Shown piece by piece: positions 1-12,576 of a stretch of DNA of 64,000 bases. The notes beneath the pieces were generated by a model. It made no database searches. It was not told the DNA's origin and saw nothing but the letters and a program-made list of their open reading frames with translations. Within the stretch, counting starts at the first letter, position 1; each line of letters starts with the position of its first letter. Location: assembly GCA_964276515.1 (NCBI GenBank), contig OZ193910.1, forward strand, positions 5,766,001 through 5,830,000. The letters run 5' to 3'. Origin of the DNA: Gordius albopunctatus (taxonomy: Eukaryota). The position numbers and the translations under genes were made by a program.

Positions 1-485
1 TATTATTTTATTTTTTATTAGTGCAAAATAGACGCACCAAAGAAATATTAAGTTAAATTGTATAATAAAAATGCTTGGAAGATTTGTTCAAATTAAGAAA
101 ATGATTTCAACATGGCAAAATTACCAATCTCCCTCTTTTTAAAAACGTTTAAATTCGCCATTTATGAAAGTGGTAAAGTGAGATCTTTATTGATTTTGCA
201 GTTGATATTAACTAAAATTCTTAATAAATTTGTATAATTTTTAAATTTGTATGTAAAACAGAAAGCAAAACTTGTATATGAGGTCAATGCTACCCTAATT
301 TTAAATTGATGACTCGTGCATTCTTTATAATTGCAATTTAAGGTTATATTTTCGGCTTAAAATTTTATAATGGATTAGGCTGCATTCCTTAAGTTTAAAT
401 ACTAGTCACTGAATATTTACACCCTACATAATTGTAACCTAAATAAACATTAATTAATATTGAATGAATAAAACAATTAACTTTT

Positions 486-672
<187 letters not shown>

Positions 673-1190
673 TTTATTATTATTAAGTTAAGATAATAAT
701 AAATGCTTGAGGGGGCCTAAGGGGAAGGGGCCAGAATTTCGCTTGGGGGGAGGGGCTGCCTTTTTGGCCGCCACCTAGCTACGCAACTGTTTAGTCCCTG
801 ACTAATTCAGCTAATCTAATAATGCACATTTATATATAAAATATATTAAACGCTATATTTAAACAGTGTATTTACCAAAAGGGAATACCTTACGCTTGTA
901 TTATTAGGCTACTAAATATATAGGTGCCATTTCACACTAATCTTTTTCCAGAGTTGCCCTATTTAACCTTCTTAGTCATTACTTCAACAAATATATCAAG
1001 AGCCCATTGCTATTCATTAATTGTAGAAATATTAAAACACGATATATTATTGTATAAGTTTATAAAATAAAGCCAATAATGCATACATATACAATAATTT
1101 TTTTGGAAAAATAATCGACATTAGATTTTACGTATCAACAACGAGTTAACTCTTCATATTTTAAAATTAGTCTATATTTTTGAAAAGAAC

Positions 1191-4100
1191 ATGAGGACCC
1201 GTAGGTCTAAAATAAACGAACCTAAAGGTAATTTAATTATATGCCTTTATAAAATATAGTTATAGAGGAAGAAGTTAAAGTTGAAGATATCAGATCGGAA
1301 TTAACCTCTCCCTTAAAAAAACGCAGAAGCCGCATAAAATCTAATGAATTTGATAACAAAGATTTAAATTTAATACCTGAAAGCATAACCGTCAATAAAG
1401 ATTTATCGGTAACTAATATGGAAGTTCAAGAAGAAAAGGCTACCATTGAATCTGAATCAACTTCATGTATACTATAGGCTAATTTATATTAATTCCAATT
1501 TTAGTAAATGTAGAATGTAATGTTAGTGAATTAAAACCAGAAATCACAAATCATGAAACAAATAATGATTCAAATTTTTTGCAAGATCAAGATTCTAATG
1601 CTGATTTGCTTATAAATGAAGATACACCTAATGATTTATTAATTAATAACAAACCTTTAAGTCCATCAGAGGACACTATTAAAATAAATTCTATTGTAGA
1701 CATAGTTCCATGTGAAGAAGATTTTCAACCTAACTTTGAAGGTGATGAAGAATTTGAACCGGAAGACACCCAAAAGTATATAATATATCCCAACTAAGAT
1801 AATCTACTTATTAATTTTTGATAAATATAGATCTAAACCAAACATTATAAATGAAGAATTTAAGATTGATATTGGACTAAGCTCAGACATTGATACTATT
1901 AATATAATACCTGATGAGAATAATTTAAATAATAAAGATGAAATTATATCTAATAAAAAAGGTATTGTAACTTCATTATTATTCTTAGTTAAACTAATTC
2001 TGCATTTTAGAACACAGCTTGGACACTACAGAAAATAAATTTATTCCATCATCAATTATACATGTCCTAAATTTGGTTAGCAAATATTTTTATCAAATTT
2101 ATATACTTTTGATTTAATCCTTTCATAATTAAAAACTCATTTTTTTTAATTCTCATGTAATTTTTTGTAAATTTGGCATTTGATAGAAAATTGAGACAGA
2201 ATAAATGGAAAAAGTGTTTATAGCCATAGTTTCAATTTTATATATTTTTGTATTTGTATAGCACTATTCAAATTTTTTCATTTTTGGTCCTAATATTGTT
2301 ATAACTTTCAAATTTTTTGGTCTGGCATATAGTTAAGACTTAAATATTAAAAATAAACTTTTTAAAATTTATTGCATCAATATTTATGATAGTAGTCTCT
2401 GAATTTATTAATAGTTAACTTAAAATATTTTAATATATATTAATTTGCTTTTATCAAGGTGAGACCTTTTACCCTTAGACAACTTAAAGAATTATTCAAG
2501 AAGTATGGAGACTTTGATGAAGATAATGATTTATGGATTGATAAAATCAAATCACATTGTATAATTAAGGTAACAATATGATTATGGGCTAATTGCATTT
2601 TCATTTTTGACATTTTAGTTCAAAGAAGATGTCAGTGCAGCTAAAGCAATTAAGGAATTAGATGGTCAAAAATGGCCTGCCTCTAATCCTAAAATGTTGA
2701 AGGTTGAATTCAGTGATCAACAAACGGTAATTATTCCAAATTACACCTATTATCTGATAATTTTTGAGTCTGGCCAGTAGATATGGGAAGTTTTGAGAAA
2801 CTTAAAAGTCTAAATCAGTTAACCCTTCATTGGTCAGGTCAAAATCCTAACACGGATGGTAAAGGGGGTCATGATTACCCCAAACCTTAAATAGATAACT
2901 CTTTTGTATTGTAATATAAACTTTTCAAATTTTCAAAAACATAATACTTAAATCTTATCTGTAAATTGATGTATTACTTTGGGTATTTGAACAAGTGGTT
3001 ATAAATTTATAATTACAATTAGTACAACCCCCCTAATTTCATAATTTAATTTATTGTTAGTTTAAGATATGCAAAGTGCACAGGAAAATTTACACAAATG
3101 AGCACTTTAAAATACCACGAGTAAAAATAAACATCTTAAAATCTAAGATTAAAATATAAATATCTCAAATAAAAGGAAATCTTTATAAAAAATTTCTCTA
3201 CAAATAGGATAAGAATAATGGTTTTTGATAATAAATTCAAAAAAAAATTTTAATTTTTCTTTTCATATTGTGGAACGTGGGGCCCTGGAAGACCCTGGAT
3301 TTAAACAAGCCAAATTTTGCAGAGATATTCTGGAGTAAATTTTATGAAGCTACTGAAAAAATGAAATTATAACAATCACTAACTTAATTTGTACAACATT
3401 TATAAACCGCTTGGGGTCCTCATTGACCCCACCTAGCCAACGGAGTGTTAATGCTAGTCCTCAATTTTTAAGTTAATCTATCAGGAATGTGACCAAACAT
3501 TGCATTTGAATATATACTTTATCCATTTACAACCTGAGCTATTACAGAACCTCTAAAAAATTTAAAAATAACTATTCACTGCTTAAGTGTGACCGTATCA
3601 AGAAAAAATATAATTATTTATTATTCCTAATTGCAAACATATTGATATTAATTCTTTTCAATTTTTGTAACCAAATTCCTATAGCTCGACCGTTACAAAC
3701 AAACCGACGCATCCCTTACTCCCCAAACGGAATTTCGTAAAAGTATTAGTACGGGAAACGAGGGAAAAATAGTTGGTGGTACGACCGGGGTGGAAACCAA
3801 CGTGTTGGCCGAAATAGATAACCACCACAACACATCTCGAATTAGCATAGATTCTCAACATGATTTCAAGCTTGACAAAAACACGGGTAGTAGCCACCAA
3901 CACGTACTTTGGAATCCCGACCCTTTTGCCAGCTCTCCTTCCCGTAAGACTGCAATCAAGGGCGAGCATGTTGAATCAATCGATAAGTCGAAGGCCTCTG
4001 TATGGGCCGATCTTGCTGATACACCTTACGATCATCATGGGGGTACTTTACATTTTTTTGTTTTGTATAAGTTTGGGTTTAGGTTTGATATGTTTATTAT

Positions 4101-6821
4101 TGACGTGTAGAACAAAAGGCCACCTTAATCTATTTTTCCGAGCTTTTATTTTGTGAATTAATTTGAATTGACAGATAATTGCGCTTTGTATCGCTCCAAT
4201 TGTCATACAATGTCGCTTTGAAAATCTTAAAGCTATCGCACAATCTATATTCTTGCCTATTTAAATAGTTAACGACGACTTAGAGGTTTGATTAAAAAGT
4301 GTGAAATTATCCTGATAAAATTGTAGGAAACTATTTGGTAAAATAATGATTTTAATTTTGCTCAAAAGATCAAAGTACAAGGCATCATGTCCGTGGGAAC
4401 CATTTGAAGGTGGGTGATGATCACACTTTTGACAGGAATGCTAATATAAGAGAAGATTCGCATGCGGTGCCCCCTTACCAAGCCAAGGTATGACATTATT
4501 ATATGATTTGGGGAACGAGCTTCATAGTTCTTCCTAAGTCTGAGCCCGGGTTAGCCCTTATGTATATTTATTTATGCACCTGCATATATTTGATATCTTT
4601 TATTCATAAACAGTCAAAAGTTTTAAATTGTTAGATAAAAAAGTGTTTGCATGGTCTAATATTAATATGTCGGTATCGTGCCATGGGTTGAAATTGTTAA
4701 ACGATATGATAGTCGTTTTAAATTGAATTTAGTAAGTTACATTAATTAAATGACGGTAGAATCTTTAGGCCGACACATCTGTCTAATAAACGGGTTTGTT
4801 ATTTAAGCTAAATTCGGCTTAGAACTTTTTATTAAAACCTTTTAGGTCAAACGGTTTTAATCAATACACACCTGATTTATTAGATTGCTCACGTCAAGGA
4901 ATGGGACAAGGATAAGGTTGTTGTCGATTATCAAACCAATCCACCTAATGAAAGTCATTCCTCAAATTATGGTAACACATTAACACTTTTTGCCTTTTAT
5001 ATATCTTGTTTAGTCGCTCCTGCGAAAGATGCTAAAGAAGATAAGGCTCCTAATAAATCGGGACAATTGATGGACGAGTTATTTAGCAAAACCCACACCC
5101 TTCCATGCGTTTATTGGTTACCCTTGACGGTTAAACAGGTTAGTTGAAGTGGTAATTTAGTAGATGATATTACATTTAGTAGTTTTAGAACGTGTTTTAT
5201 TTTTACACTTCATTTTACTTAAATTTTAGGCAAAATAAAAAATGAATTTAGTACCTGCACTATTTATATTGAAATATTTAATATTTTCCATATTTTAACC
5301 TAAGATAATTTTTTGCCAAAATAAGAGAATGGTCCAACTATTGCGTTAGACTACATATTAAAGACTAAGAATTTCTATCACAATTCTGACGATCCTTGAC
5401 AAAAGCATAAATCTTTTCATGGTTGGGGCCAGATATGATTTAGCCGCCCATAAACAATACCTTTGATTTATTTTAGTGACCAATCCTTATATTGTATTAA
5501 CAGGATAGCTTGAATAATTTATCCTTGTACGTGTTTTAAGATGGAAGCCAAGGTTAAAGAACTCGGCGTTGCTTACGTTTACGAGAAGGATATCATAAAA
5601 ATGTCGCATTCATGCAAAACTTACCAGTCTCATCCGTACGAAAATATTGAAGCTCTACGGAGGAGGCAGGACGCTTTCATCCCTCCTCCCCCCGTTCAAG
5701 GCCCCTATCACGATGATCCCTATTCTAATGCCCCTTACCCTCCAGCCCCTTACAACGAACCAAAATGGGCCGAGCCCTACGATCGAAAGTTTACCCCTAT
5801 AAAAAATGATTTGTCGATGCATTTTTATCTAAATGAGCCTATAATTTAACATTAAACCCTTTTTATTTTATTGTGTATAAATTTTTGTCATCTTGATACT
5901 TTTGATGAATCACTTTATGTCAAAATGGATATAAATTTAATTGCTCAATAAGGAATATCCTTTTACATTGTCTTTTATTTGTTAACGACGTTTTTAATCG
6001 TTTGCTCCATATTTTCGTTTAGGGATAAATGGGGTCAGGGAGAGGATGTCGCTAACCACAACCCCTTCCCAATGATGAGATCTAGGGATACATCATTTAG
6101 GGCAGCTCCAGCTGATTTCGATCCCGCATATCAGCCACGCAATTTTTTGTCTCGCGATTACGATTATTCGCGTCGCAGGCAGCAAAGACCACCGCCGTAC
6201 GCCGCTGCAGAACCTAGTTACCCACCACCTCATGGCAACCCTGATAAACGAGACTTAGAAGACTTTTCCGCCTCGGGTGGTACTTTAGAGCGAAGCGGAC
6301 CTTTTTACAAAAAGAGTAGATACGACGAATATCAACACCCACCAACGACTAGGCCTCGAGATTTCGATGGTAGAGGTGACAGCAGAAGCTTCAAGCGGGA
6401 TGTCCCCCCTCGAGCCAAGCATATGGGTGATAAGGAGCCATCCGATAGGGGTGCTAAGGTAGGGTTTTAAACCATTTTTAGGGATGCAAAAATTGTTAAA
6501 TGTTCCGCGAGGTTCCGGTCTAATGTTTGCTATGCTAGGATATTATATTTGGGGGAATATACTCCTTGAGCCATTGATACCTGAAATATACACTGCTTTA
6601 TAATTTGTATATAATTGTCTACTATTTACCCCGGGGCTTATGTTTCAAAATAGCTTTGCTCATATATGGTCATGTTTAACTTAATGTCTTAGAAGGTATA
6701 AGAGCACTTGTAGTTTTTGCTTACCAAATTATTGCATAGCTTATATATGTTTTGTTTTTACTAGGATAATATGAAGAGGTCAAGAGGGGAATCGAGGGAA
6801 AGACGTTCGCATAGGCGTTAA
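1191..6821 (+). CDS. ACIN1: Acinus (apoptotic chromatin condensation inducer; ASAP/EJC-associated splicing factor), multi-exon
   Basis: Hand-spliced GT-AG exons: 1191-1227, 1266-1466, 1505-1775, 1831-1961, 2011-2075, 2459-2569, 2619-2726, 3685-4042, (4846-4853 inferred), 4884-4971, 5014-5138, 5541-5788, 6023-6458, 6765-6821. The product has the Acinus RRM ([20 protein letters not shown]...WIDKIKSHC...[10 protein letters not shown]), VKEWDKDK and the RSB motif ([21 protein letters not shown]). The start codon is inferred. Confidence 0.92.
2819..3451. mobile_element. Degenerate piggyBac-like MITE in an Acinus intron
   Basis: TTAA at both ends. Imperfect inverted ends TTAACCCTTCATTGGTCAGGT vs TTAACACTCCGTTGGCTAGGT (reverse complement of right end), plus subterminal GGGGTC...ACCCC motifs on both sides. 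Confidence 0.55.
4435..4530 (+). pseudogene. Degenerate U6 snRNA-like sequence (intronic)
   Basis: AGAGAAGATTCGCATG (4449-4464) matches U6 AGAGAAGATTAGCATG at 15/16. It is followed colinearly by GCCCCCT and CAAGGTATGACA (U6: GCCCCTG...CAAGGATGACA), with insertions. The ACAGAGA box and AGC triad are altered. Confidence 0.45.
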
Positions 6822-7596
6822 TTGGAGGTTTTGATCACCTCTCCTTTACCACATATCTAATTTTTTATTCATATTATTTTTCATTTAAATTTAGTTTTAG
6901 TTTAGACCGTTTTTTTGCTTTCTATAATCAATTTTATCAACCTTGTTCCTCTAAGCGATGATCGCCTCCCCAAAGTCGATCCTATCGTGTGTAAACCTCG
7001 TTCTGATAGACGTTTCTCATCTCCTAGTTTGGATTGAGTTCGTTTCGGCTTTCTTTTGGCCTGAGCTGTCAAGGTGGAAGATTTTAACTTCCAGAATTTC
7101 TATTATCAAGCCAGGAGATAAGAATGCGTCTTAATTAAGCTTTACTACCAAACCCCCTTAAATCGATTGCCACAATCCCGTTATCCCCGCATGAGATCAG
7201 TTAAACTTATCTGACACATTATTAAGCTATCTCCTCAGTGCACTACATGACTAAGTAATGCTACTTAATAAGAAAGAGACTTTGTTACATCTATCGACGT
7301 CATAAACCAACACATTGAACATTATAAATGTTACACGTCGTTCAAAACGTGAAATGTATTAATTCCTAAATTTGAAATTTTTTCCTCTTTTATTTATCGT
7401 ACAAAACGTCAAATTTGCAATGTATGATAAATATCAATTTGTAATGTAAATTTGGAATAAACTTTTGCCACTTTATGTGTATACCTTTACAAGTTAATAG
7501 AATTAGGTACAGGACTTGATAGCTCTAGTTAGTTTTATTTGCTTGTTAAATAATTATTTTTTTACTTATACAAATAAAGAGTTCGGAATTTTAATA

Positions 7597-7759
7597 AAAA
7601 AATTAAATTGTTAGGGTTTTCAAATCAAGGAGAATTTTTGGGTAAATAAATATATATGTTTTTAAGTAAAGTGACGATAAAAAAATTAGATAGTTAGGGT
7701 TTTCAAATCAAGGAAAATTTTTGGGTAAATAAATATATATGTTTTTAAGTAAAGTGACG
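7597..7759. repeat. Tandem duplication of an ~81-bp unit
   Basis: Two near-identical copies of AAAAAATTA..GTTAGGGTTTTCAAATCAAGG...GTAAAGTGACG. Confidence 0.9.
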
Positions 7760-8083
7760 TTTCTTTACTTTCCTAGTCCCCCTCAATTTGTTAAATTATG
7801 TCCATTAGTTGGCGCATGCATTTTATTGCTATCATTTATTATTTTCTCAATTCTGCGAAATCTCTACCACGCCATGTATTATTGGAAACAATGGAAATAA
7901 TTATGTCTCATAGTAGGGGGTTGACTATAATCAGGTGATTAATTACCATAAAAATTATAAAACCTAGGTCTAAAAATCTAAGTTAAGGGCGGTTTAGACC
8001 TGATGAGTCACTCCAATTCAACGTTCGACCCCTTCGCGAAACAAAGTTTAGCACGCTAATGATTTCAATAATACTTTTTACCA

Positions 8084-11000
8084 TCTTCTTCTTTATCAGT
8101 TATTTGGTCCCACATTGGTGGGGTTTGTTTTGATGAGTCTCTTCCATCTTGACCGGGTTAGTGCCATGTCTTGACTAATCTCTTTAGTTTCCATAACTTT
8201 ATCGACTTGCCCTTTCCACGTGACACGGGGTCGTCCTCTTCCTCTCTTCCCCGGTATTTCCATGTCTAGAACTTTTCGATTTACGTCATCCGTGTCCCTT
8301 CTTAGTATATGCCCATACCACCTTAGCCGATTTTCGTTAATCATGTCCGCCATAGGTTGAATACCCATTTTTGTCATGAGAAAGTCATTCGTCATATGGT
8401 CGAGCTTAGTATACCCCAAGCTCCACCGTATCATTCTCATCTCCGTGGCTTGTAATAGCTTTAATTCCGTGGTGTTTAATGCCCATGTTTCACTTCCATA
8501 GAGTAACACCGGTCTTACGATGGATTTGTAAGCTTTGCTCTTCGACCATATTGGCATTTTCTTGTCACACAAAACACCGGATATACTTCGCCATTTAAGC
8601 CATCCTTTTTGGATCCGGGCATTGACTTCTGTTGTGCAACCTCCCTCTTGATGTAGCATCGGGACGAGGTATGTGAACCTGTCTACTTTTGGGTATTTTA
8701 GATGGTCATCCAGCGATGGGGTGCCTGTACCGTTCATTTCCATGTATACCGTTTTTCTATCGTTGACCTTTAAACCATATCCAGCTAAGCGCTTTGACCA
8801 TTTTTCGGCTTCTTCGAATACTTACTCTCTTGTTTCCTCGCATAGTACTATATCATCGGCATATAGCATACACCATGGCGAAGGCTTTTGAAAGTCCCTC
8901 GTTATCGTGTCTATAATTATATTAAATAAAAAGGGACTTAAAGCAGAGCCTTGATGTAATCCAATATTAAGCCGAAAAGATTTAGAGTCTCCAACTGTCG
9001 TCCTAACGCAAGAGTTTGAGGCTTCATAGATATTTTTCATAAGCCGTATATATGCGTCAGAGATATTTTGTTTCCTCAGGCACCACCATATTAAATCCCG
9101 GGGCACCGTGTCATAAGCTTTCTCCAAGTCGATAAAAACCATATGTAGGTCTTTCCTCTTTTCACCATACTTATCCATCATTTGTCTTAGGGCGAAGATT
9201 GGGTCGATTGTGGATTTGCCAGCCACAAATCCGAATTTATTAGCCGATATTTCCCTCGTTTTTCAGCCTTGTTACTAAGATCCTTTCCATAAGCTTCAAG
9301 GAGTGGCAAGTTAGCTTGATACCTCTGTAATTGCCGCAGTCCTGAGGGTCTCCTTTGCCTTCGAATAAGGGTATAATCGTGCTTGCTCTCCATTGATTAG
9401 GGATTGGCTCTTCTACCAATATCTTGTTAAGGAGGTTCGTCATGGTGGTGACTCCTTCACGACATCCGAGCAATGCTTCCATAGGTATTCCATCTGGGCC
9501 ATTTGCTTTTCCTTTTTGCATCTTCTTTATTTGTGTCCTAACTTCATCCTTCTAAAAGAGTTCGAACATACTTATATTTGGCTCAATTTCGGGAAGGGAA
9601 TCCTTGTCATTTGCAATATTCATAAGTTTCTTAAAATATCCTTTCCACCTTTCATTCACTTCCTTCGGTTTGAATAAGGTTTGACCCTTCTGGCTTTTGA
9701 CTATTTTAAGAACTCCGACATCTCGACTTTTCATCTCCCTTATCTTGGCCAATTTGTACATAAGCCTATCGCCCCCTTTATGATGCAGTTTGTTTGCCAT
9801 CTCGGTGTACGCAGCATTCTTCGCTTTTGCAACGTCCTTTTTTGCGGCCCTCTTTGCGTCCCTGTACTCTTGATAATCCTCCGGCTTTTTTGATTTATGC
9901 CACCATCTATATAGATTTTTCTTTATTTCGATAAAATCTTTAACCGATTGATCCCACCACCATAGTTCCCTATTCATAGCTTTGCCTCCTTTGCTCTGTC
10001 CTAGAACACGAATCGCTGTTTTCTTAATGTCCTTAGATAGCGTCTCCCAATCGTCTCCTACATCCCTTTGCAACTTCCTTGCACCCAAGAGTGAGGAGGC
10101 TTTTTGATGGTATTTTTCTTTCGTCGACGTATCCTTTAGCCTTTCGTATCGAATTCGAGGTTCATATACCTTTCTTCTTTCGGGAAATACTCTTCTGTCA
10201 AGATCCATAACAAGGGGACGATGTTGCCTGGCGATTTCTTCTCCCGGTATTACTTTGCAATCCTTGATACTCCATAAGTCCTTTCGCCGTATAAGCAAAT
10301 AGTCGATTTGACTAAAATGCTTCCCACTTCTATAGGTCACAATATGATCTTCGCGCTTTTGAAAATAGGTGTTAACGATCGCCATGTCATATGCTTGGGA
10401 TACTTGGGGAAGTTTTTCCCCTTCTTTGTTCTTCAGACCATGCCCATAGCCTCCATGATTGCGTTCATACCCGAGGCGATCTTTCCCTACGTGAGCGTTG
10501 AAATCGGCCCCAATAATTAGCCTTTCTTCCTGTCGGATTCCTTGTATTTCCTTTTCCAATGATTCGAAGAATATGTCTTTCTCTGATTCCGAACACCCAA
10601 TTTGGGGAGCATACGCGCACATAGCGGTTAGGAGGCCCCCTTGATCCGCAATCTTCACCCACATTAGCCTGTTGGAACAACGCTTGACTTCCACTACCTT
10701 GTCCTTGAACGATTCGTTTAGAACGATACCGACCCCGTTTCTACGATTTGGTGACCCACTGTAGAAAAGCTTGTATCCTTCTCCTAATTCCCGAGCTTTC
10801 GTTCCGTTCCACCTCGTCTCTTGTAGGCAGGCGATGTGTACCTTTTTTTCTTTTTAACATCTGTGCGACCTCGATGCTCTTCGCCGTCAACGTTCCCACA
10901 TTCCAGCACGTAATTCGCATTCTTTCCACAACTAGTTTCCTTAACCGCCTTCGGTGTGAGTTAGGCAGTAACCCTAGTGTATTTTTCACATTGCACGGGC

Positions 11001-11160
11001 GGGTTATGCAGTGCGCGTCGTTTGTGGAGGACGCCCTAGCCTTTTCTTGTAAAATCTCGTTTCAAACTATCATAAATTTTGGAGTAGATTTTTATAGCCG
11101 GTTTCCGACCTGACGCCAACCCTCCATTTTTTGCACACGGACTTGGGACCGTCGTAGGTA
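8084..11160 (-). mobile_element. RTE-clade non-LTR retrotransposon, near full length, frameshifted (copy 1)
   Basis: AP endonuclease (WNVGTL, CAYAPQ, GADFNAHVG, SQIDYLL) and RT (NYRGIKL, FIDLEKAYD, GLHQGSALSP, LYADD), plus C-terminal RLRWYGHILRR...RGRGRP. It has a (GAA)n 3' tail and a 5' UTR with CGGTCCCAAG...GGAGGGTTG. Confidence 0.96.
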
Positions 11161-11164
11161 GTGT

Positions 11165-11778
11165 TAAATTACTATAATTTCTATAATTGTGCAATATTAA
11201 ATAAGTACACGAACCTATACTGTACTAGATAAATTAATATTTAATAGCAAATTTAGTTAGATTGGAAGGTAATTAATTAGAATACAAATTTGATTATAAT
11301 TATTTTTGTCATAAAATTAAATACGTGCACTTTGATTTAAAGAAGGATCTCAATTTGCCCAATTATGTAACTAAGTCAACTATAAGAGAACTTATAATTT
11401 TCTAAGTCTATTTTTAGTTGACAAACACAGTTAATTTGATATAAATGTTATAATTTGCTAGAAAAATAAAATTTAATTTTCTTTACTTTAAATTTATTTA
11501 TAGATTTTTCAGTTTGCACTTTCCATATAAAATGTTATCTTTATGAATTAATTGATATCTTTATATTGTCAATGAGATGTCGTGTCCCGCTAAATCGTTA
11601 AAAATGTGTATTAAAGTTTCACAAAAAATATAAAGTTTGCCATTTGGATTTTTTGACACCTATTTAATATTTTTAATAGAACAGGAGAAATTTTATTCCG
11701 CGCATATTTTTTTGAAAAGTCGAGACGAGAATTCTCGTCGAGATTTTGTTTTCGAGACCGAGACGAGATCGAAACACT
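11165..11778. mobile_element. Partial non-autonomous hAT element (CGAGA-repeat family), one end only
   Basis: Colinear with the reverse complement of ~61316-62190. Ends in CGAGACCGAGACGAGATCGAAACACT. Confidence 0.8.
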
Positions 11779-11926
11779 CGGGATGGCGTCAAGTTTTATG
11801 ATTTAATAAAAATTTTTATATTTAATTGTTGAAAAATTCAAAGTCTAAATATTCCGTTTTAATAAATCTGAAAGGGGCTAAAATGGCCTAACGACTTATA
11901 ACTACATATGGAAACCAGTTAAATAT

Positions 11927-12576
11927 TGTTACAAGTCTGCGTGATCTATCATATTATGTTTTTAATAAAGTATAAACAAATTAAGTTACTATTTCATTGA
12001 ATTACTTATAAACTTTCTTTAAATAGAACCAACAGAAGATTAGATTACGTTAGTCATTGATTATTTAATCACCTTAATTATTCACGTTAATTCATATAAA
12101 TATTATTAGTTATTATATTAGAAATTAGTAAATAAATTTCAGGTTAATGATATAATTTAGAAGATAATAACAACACCTTTCAGGAGTGCCCGCAATTAAA
12201 TTAAAAGAATACTCTAATTAGCGCCATCTATAGGCAATTTTAATTAGAGACTAATTTGAACTATCTATATCCCTATCTTTTTTAGTACGTGAAAGTGGTT
12301 GTTATTATCTTCTAAATTATTAGTTATGTTAATCTTACCTTAATAATCTCATTACTTCATTTATTTCAATAATGCCCAATAGAATATATAAGCGTGAAGA
12401 ATAATAATTATATTTAGCGAAACGTTAAACGCGAACAAAGAAAAAAATTAAATCCAGCATGATCATCCAAGCGTGACCTACCAGCGCAGCTGACATTAGT
12501 ACTGCGCGTATAACAAAGCGAAGAGAGGGGGGGGGGAGACGCGTATGTTATACTGTGTGGGAGACAACCACGACAT
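11927..12576 (-). mobile_element. LTR-like repeat (probable 3' LTR of a minus-strand Gypsy remnant)
   Basis: TGT...ACA ends. Diverged direct repeat of ~14865-15310. A short purine tract (GAAGGG) and an RSQHSGRRR-like pol tail (ORF 12585-12794) lie just upstream on the minus strand. Confidence 0.6.
12152..12320. mobile_element. MITE with ~30-bp TIRs inserted in the LTR
   Basis: ATAATTTAGAAGATAATAACAAC...GTTGTTATTATCTTCTAAATTAT. Absent from the sister repeat at ~15050. Confidence 0.85.

Noticed and set aside
4414..4543. Box C/D snoRNA
   Set aside because: C and D boxes are present, but the terminal stem is only 3 bp and I could not recognise an rRNA/snRNA guide; kept only as part of the U6-like finding.
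7960..8055. Possible hammerhead ribozyme (GGTCTAAA/TTTAGACC stem, CTGATGA, CGAAAC)
   Set aside because: Stem II does not pair beyond 1-2 bp, and no NUH cleavage triplet connects stems III and I in any permutation.
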